Shown: positions 38,971 to 42,125 of the stretch, one piece after another
How positions within the stretch are numbered: position 1 is the first letter of the stretch
Layout: every line of letters starts with the position of its first letter
Source of the DNA: an uncultured Clostridia bacterium
GTDB taxonomy: Bacteria; Bacillota; Clostridia; Lachnospirales; CAMVHY01
Assembly: GCA_946415665.1 (NCBI GenBank)
Contig: CAMKTI010000002.1
Location: 1 to 42,125, forward strand
Reading direction: 5' to 3'
DNA length: 42,125 nucleotides
The notes under the pieces: model-generated
What the model was told of the DNA's origin: nothing
What the model saw: only the letters and a program-made list of their open reading frames with translations
Database searches by the model: none
Position numbers and translations under genes: made by a program

Positions 38971-39017
38971 AATTTTTCACCCGTTTTTCTTAGCCAAATT
39001 TAATTCAAAAAAATTTT

Positions 39018-39434
39018 TTAAGCCAAGTTTTTAATCATAATTACTTTTGTTCCAAAATTTTTTTTCGACTTGACTATAACTTTACTCATAAAACTTTGCA
39101 TCACCGTAAAACCTAAACCTGAACGTTCCATATCAGGCCTTGAAGTATATAACGGCTCCATCGCTTTTTTTATATTTTCTATTCCAAGTCCATAATCTTT
39201 TATTATTATTTTTACCCGTCGCTCAAAAATTTCGCATGTTAAAATAATTTTTCCCGTTTTTTCTTGATACGCGTGAATAATCGAATTCGTAACCGCTTCC
39301 GAAACCGCTGTTTTTATATCATTTAATTCTTCAACTGTAGGATTTAATGGCGCAATAAAAGCTGCAACTACAATTCGTGCAAAAGATTCGTTTTCAGATT
39401 TGCTTTGCATGACTATATTTATTTTATTTTTCAC
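39018..39434 (-). CDS. spoIIAB: anti-sigma F factor (serine kinase) SpoIIAB
   Basis: GHKL N-box [11 protein letters not shown] and G-boxes DYGLGI and RSGLGFTVM. Confidence 0.9.
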   Translation of the reverse strand: MKNKINIVMQSKSENESFARIVVAAFIAPLNPTVEELNDIKTAVSEAVTNSIIHAYQEKTGKIILTCEIFERRVKIIIKDYGLGIENIKKAMEPLYTSRPDMERSGLGFTVMQSFMSKVIVKSKKNFGTKVIMIKNLA

Positions 39435-39440
39435 TTTTCA

Positions 39441-39791
39441 TCACTCCGCTTTTGATTTTCTTTGACTTTTCAAAACAGATTCTAAATCACAATCAAAATT
39501 AATTATTTTTTTTAGCCCCGACATTTCAATTATTGGTTTTAAATTCGGATTTAAATTAATCACATATATCTTTCCGCCAATTTTATCTACAAATTTATAT
39601 CTGCCAATTAACATTCCAATCCCTGAACTATCCATAAAATCAACTCTTTCAAAATCAAAAATTATATTTTTAAGATTCAATAACTCAAGCTTGCGCTCGA
39701 TTTTCTCTTTTATTTTATCTGTTACATGGTGGTCTATATCACACTTGATTTTTACAATTAAATTTTTGTCAAGCACATCTAATTGCATCAT
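39441..39791 (-). CDS. spoIIAA: anti-sigma F factor antagonist SpoIIAA (STAS)
   Basis: STAS domain with the phospho-serine motif FMDSSGIGMLIG. Confidence 0.9.
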   Translation of the reverse strand: MMQLDVLDKNLIVKIKCDIDHHVTDKIKEKIERKLELLNLKNIIFDFERVDFMDSSGIGMLIGRYKFVDKIGGKIYVINLNPNLKPIIEMSGLKKIINFDCDLESVLKSQRKSKAE

Positions 39792-40030
39792 TTAAAATCA
39801 TCCCCGCTAATTTTTAAATCTTTAATCAAAAATAATATACCTAGCAAAAAAAATTTTTTGTCGCAGTAAAAATCAATATTTTTAAATCAATCGACAAATT
39901 ATTTTTTCGCCCACAAAAAAACTAAGCCCAAAATTTTTTAATAACAAAATCTCAAAGGCAAAAAAAAAATTAGCTGGAGATTTTATTTTTATGTCAAAGA
40001 AATTAGCTGCATAAAACAAACTGCAAAAAC

Positions 40031-40075
40031 AAAAAAAAGACCGTGAATTAAAATTAACTCACGGACTTTTTATTT
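40031..40075 (-). terminator. bidirectional-looking terminator after the 474-aa gene
   Basis: Stem ccgtgaatt / aactcacgg (one mismatch), flanked by an A-run and T-runs. Confidence 0.6.
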
Positions 40076-40117
40076 TTATTATATATTACAAATTCTCTTC
40101 TTTCTCTACTTTAGGCC

Positions 40118-41542
40118 TTAGCCTTTTTGTTCTTCGATGACAATGATCTCTTCTTCTTTTTCTTCGTTCTGGACTTTGATTTTACCTTTGAGGGTGTTGA
40201 TGTTGTTATTATTTTTATACCCACCTTCTTCGATATCGATATCTTCTTTTCCATCATAGATATTTTTGTTCTTGTTTTCTTCTTCATTTTCTGTGCTATA
40301 TTTTATTCCGTTTAAGTTGTTTTTTATTGTTTTCTCCTGGTTTTGTTCATGCTTCTTCCAAAACAAAATCACAAGTGCAAAAATACACACTACTGCACTC
40401 CCGCCAGGGATTGTCATAGACAAAATGGTTACCGTTTTTGTTGCCGCCGCTGGCCAAAATGCAACCACAAAATAATTCACTGCTGATCCACCGGCGATTA
40501 ATACTCCCAAACCGCTACCAGTACCAAAAATCCAAAGCCATTTTTTTATGCCATTTGATGATTTGATCTCCAAAGGTTCATTACACTTACAAGGCTTTAA
40601 TGCGACGCTACCATTTTCTACTACTAAATTTCCTTTTGCATCTCCCAAGAAACCTAAAAAATCATTAAATTCTTGATCACTACACTTAATATTGCCAATA
40701 TTTTCAAAGTAGTCTCTGATGTTTTCAATTAACCCTATTGCTTTAAAAAATTCTTTGTTATTCTGAATGCAAGCACTGATACTAGTATAATTAACAACAT
40801 TCCTCGCTACAGTATTGAAATAAGGTTGATTACCATAATTATTAAACGCTCGGTACATAATTTTACAGATCTTTATAAAATCATGATCTGAAGCCAATTC
40901 TTTTTTGTTTTTGCTTTCTAGTAGTTCGGAAGCATTTTTTATTGTTGTGCTTGGTTCAAATTTTTCTAATTTCGTTTTTTGTAACAGTTTAGACATCGCC
41001 AATGCGTTGATAATCGATCTCTCTAGATCTATTGGAATTACTAATTTATTTAATTGTTTTTGTATATCGTATTTTTTATCTCGCGGTGATTTTTTTGCAT
41101 TTGTATTATTTATATTACCATTTGGTAATTCTTCTACATTTATCTCCATTTTTTTCTCGAACTCTTGCAAAGATTCCTTTAGCGATGTCAATGAACAATT
41201 TTCAATGGTAACTTTATTTTTATCAAGAATATGAGGACAAAGTTTACAAACCAAATTATATCTAAAACTCAAAACTATATCTAGATTCATTGCCTCACTA
41301 TTAAAATCAATTCCAAAATTGTTTTGGACGTCTTCTGTATTATTGTTGTCTTCTATATTCTCAACATTAGGCTCAAGCTTTTTTTTTATCGCTTTTGCAT
41401 ACCCTTGCAGTAATTTATTTCCTTTCTCATTTTGGTTCAAATACTTAATAAAAGTTTCTAAATCTGTTTTTTCTGTATTTGCCTTTTCTTTCTCTGCTAT
41501 TTTTTCTTCTATCATGTTCTCTTCCATAATTTTATTCTCCAT
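40118..41542 (-). CDS. orphan 474-aa protein with C-terminal Gly-rich TM cluster and Lys/Glu-rich tail
   Basis: Hydrophilic N-terminus MENKIMEENMIEEK with no signal peptide. The TM cluster at aa 333-396 (nt 40355-40546) begins IKKWLWIFGTGSGLGVLIAGG. Confidence 0.8.
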   Translation of the reverse strand: MENKIMEENMIEEKIAEKEKANTEKTDLETFIKYLNQNEKGNKLLQGYAKAIKKKLEPNVENIEDNNNTEDVQNNFGIDFNSEAMNLDIVLSFRYNLVCKLCPHILDKNKVTIENCSLTSLKESLQEFEKKMEINVEELPNGNINNTNAKKSPRDKKYDIQKQLNKLVIPIDLERSIINALAMSKLLQKTKLEKFEPSTTIKNASELLESKNKKELASDHDFIKICKIMYRAFNNYGNQPYFNTVARNVVNYTSISACIQNNKEFFKAIGLIENIRDYFENIGNIKCSDQEFNDFLGFLGDAKGNLVVENGSVALKPCKCNEPLEIKSSNGIKKWLWIFGTGSGLGVLIAGGSAVNYFVVAFWPAAATKTVTILSMTIPGGSAVVCIFALVILFWKKHEQNQEKTIKNNLNGIKYSTENEEENKNKNIYDGKEDIDIEEGGYKNNNNINTLKGKIKVQNEEKEEEIIVIEEQKG

Positions 41543-41680
41543 ATTTTAAAAACAAACAAAAAATATTTTTTTAGCAACAAAATACTCCGACAGGCCAGTA
41601 AATTTTTATAGCTATGTAATAAAAATTATCCAGAAAAATGAAATTAACAGGCCAAAAACAAATTTACCAAACGGTCTATT

Positions 41681-41710
41681 TTTAGTCTAACACAAAAAAA
41701 AACACCTGTC
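41681..41710 (-). promoter_or_regulatory. candidate promoter of the 474-aa gene
   Basis: Minus strand reads TTGACA, an 18-nt spacer, then TAGACT. The spacer end TTTTGTGT resembles P2. Confidence 0.35.
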
Positions 41711-42012
41711 AAGTGTTTTTAAGTATTTTTTTTGAAATTCGAGGGGGTAGAGCCTTTTAACAAGAGAAGCTTAAGTGATTTTATTTCTAATTTTAAATAA
41801 AAGTTAAACTCATAAATTAAAAATCTAAGATTTTTTTGGAGGTAAAAATAGAAAAACGATTTTTTTTATACCGTCTTTTTTATACAATCTTCTTGCAAAA
41901 ACAAAACAAGTGTTTGTTTTCTTCTCAAAACAGCAACTTGATTTTCTTGCATGAAAGAGTAATTGTACCACAAAAATATTAATTTCAACTCTTATTTTTT
42001 TCACATCAATTA

Positions 42013-42125
42013 GGTAGCGTTCACATAAAGTAAAAATAGATTGCCCCAAAAGAAAAAAGTGATAAGATAAAAATATGAAACTGGAAAAAACACAATATAA
42101 AAAAACTAGAGGGATTAATGCCTAT
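42013..42125 (+). mobile_element. IS5-family element type A, copy 4, 5' end only, continuing beyond the window
   Basis: IR ggtagcgttcacataaa at 42013. The transposase ATG at 42075 reads MKLEKTQYKKTRGINAY.... Confidence 0.75.

Noticed and set aside
39792-39990. Sigma-H-type promoter upstream of spoIIAA
   Set aside because: Only a weak AGGTAT...AAGATT resemblance is present. Spacing and bases do not match the RnAGGAwWW / RnnGAATww consensus well enough to call it.
41700-41718. Hairpin aaacac-ctgtcaa-gtgttt read as a terminator
   Set aside because: The stem is only 6 bp and AT-rich, and it overlaps the TTGACA of the candidate promoter for the 474-aa gene. No convincing upstream minus-strand gene needs it, because ORF 41825-42049 overlaps an IS end and looks spurious.

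Overview
Visibly AT-rich window from an endospore-forming, low-GC Firmicute (Clostridia-like). That call rests on a spoIIAA-spoIIAB-sigF operon and two CotF-like spore coat genes. The core, about 15.9-31.1 kb on the minus strand, is a complete S10-spc-alpha ribosomal superoperon running rpsJ to rplQ, including secY, map, infA, rpmJ and rpoA. adk is missing from its usual slot, and rpmD (L30) is reduced to a roughly 114-bp remnant. Other housekeeping genes are murG, pepF, a HIT hydrolase, a PqqD-like protein, an SPL-family radical SAM protein and a four-tRNA cluster (Pro-Arg-His-Lys, minus strand). Several ORF-track starts were moved to the start codon that has a proper Shine-Dalgarno spacing. 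The accessory DNA holds at least seven decayed IS5-family copies of two types. One type has perfect 18-bp inverted repeats, yet its transposase frame is destroyed. The accessory DNA also holds lineage-specific, Lys/Asn/Glu-rich proteins with no signal peptide and C-terminal transmembrane anchors. The best candidate for an undescribed system lies at 9.5-15.8 kb. There a 1050-aa internally repeated protein and a 620-aa membrane-tethered ADP-ribosylglycohydrolase are transcribed back to back. They share an alignable C-terminal anchor module and a near-identical promoter cassette of about 30 nt. That cassette recurs upstream of two more orphan genes, at 2.8 kb and 31.4 kb. The 2.8-kb copy is followed by three GC-rich 15-bp tandem repeats that could act as a leader attenuator or an operator. 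No CRISPR array, rRNA or recognisable defence or toxin domain was seen. All functional ideas for the orphan proteins are inference.
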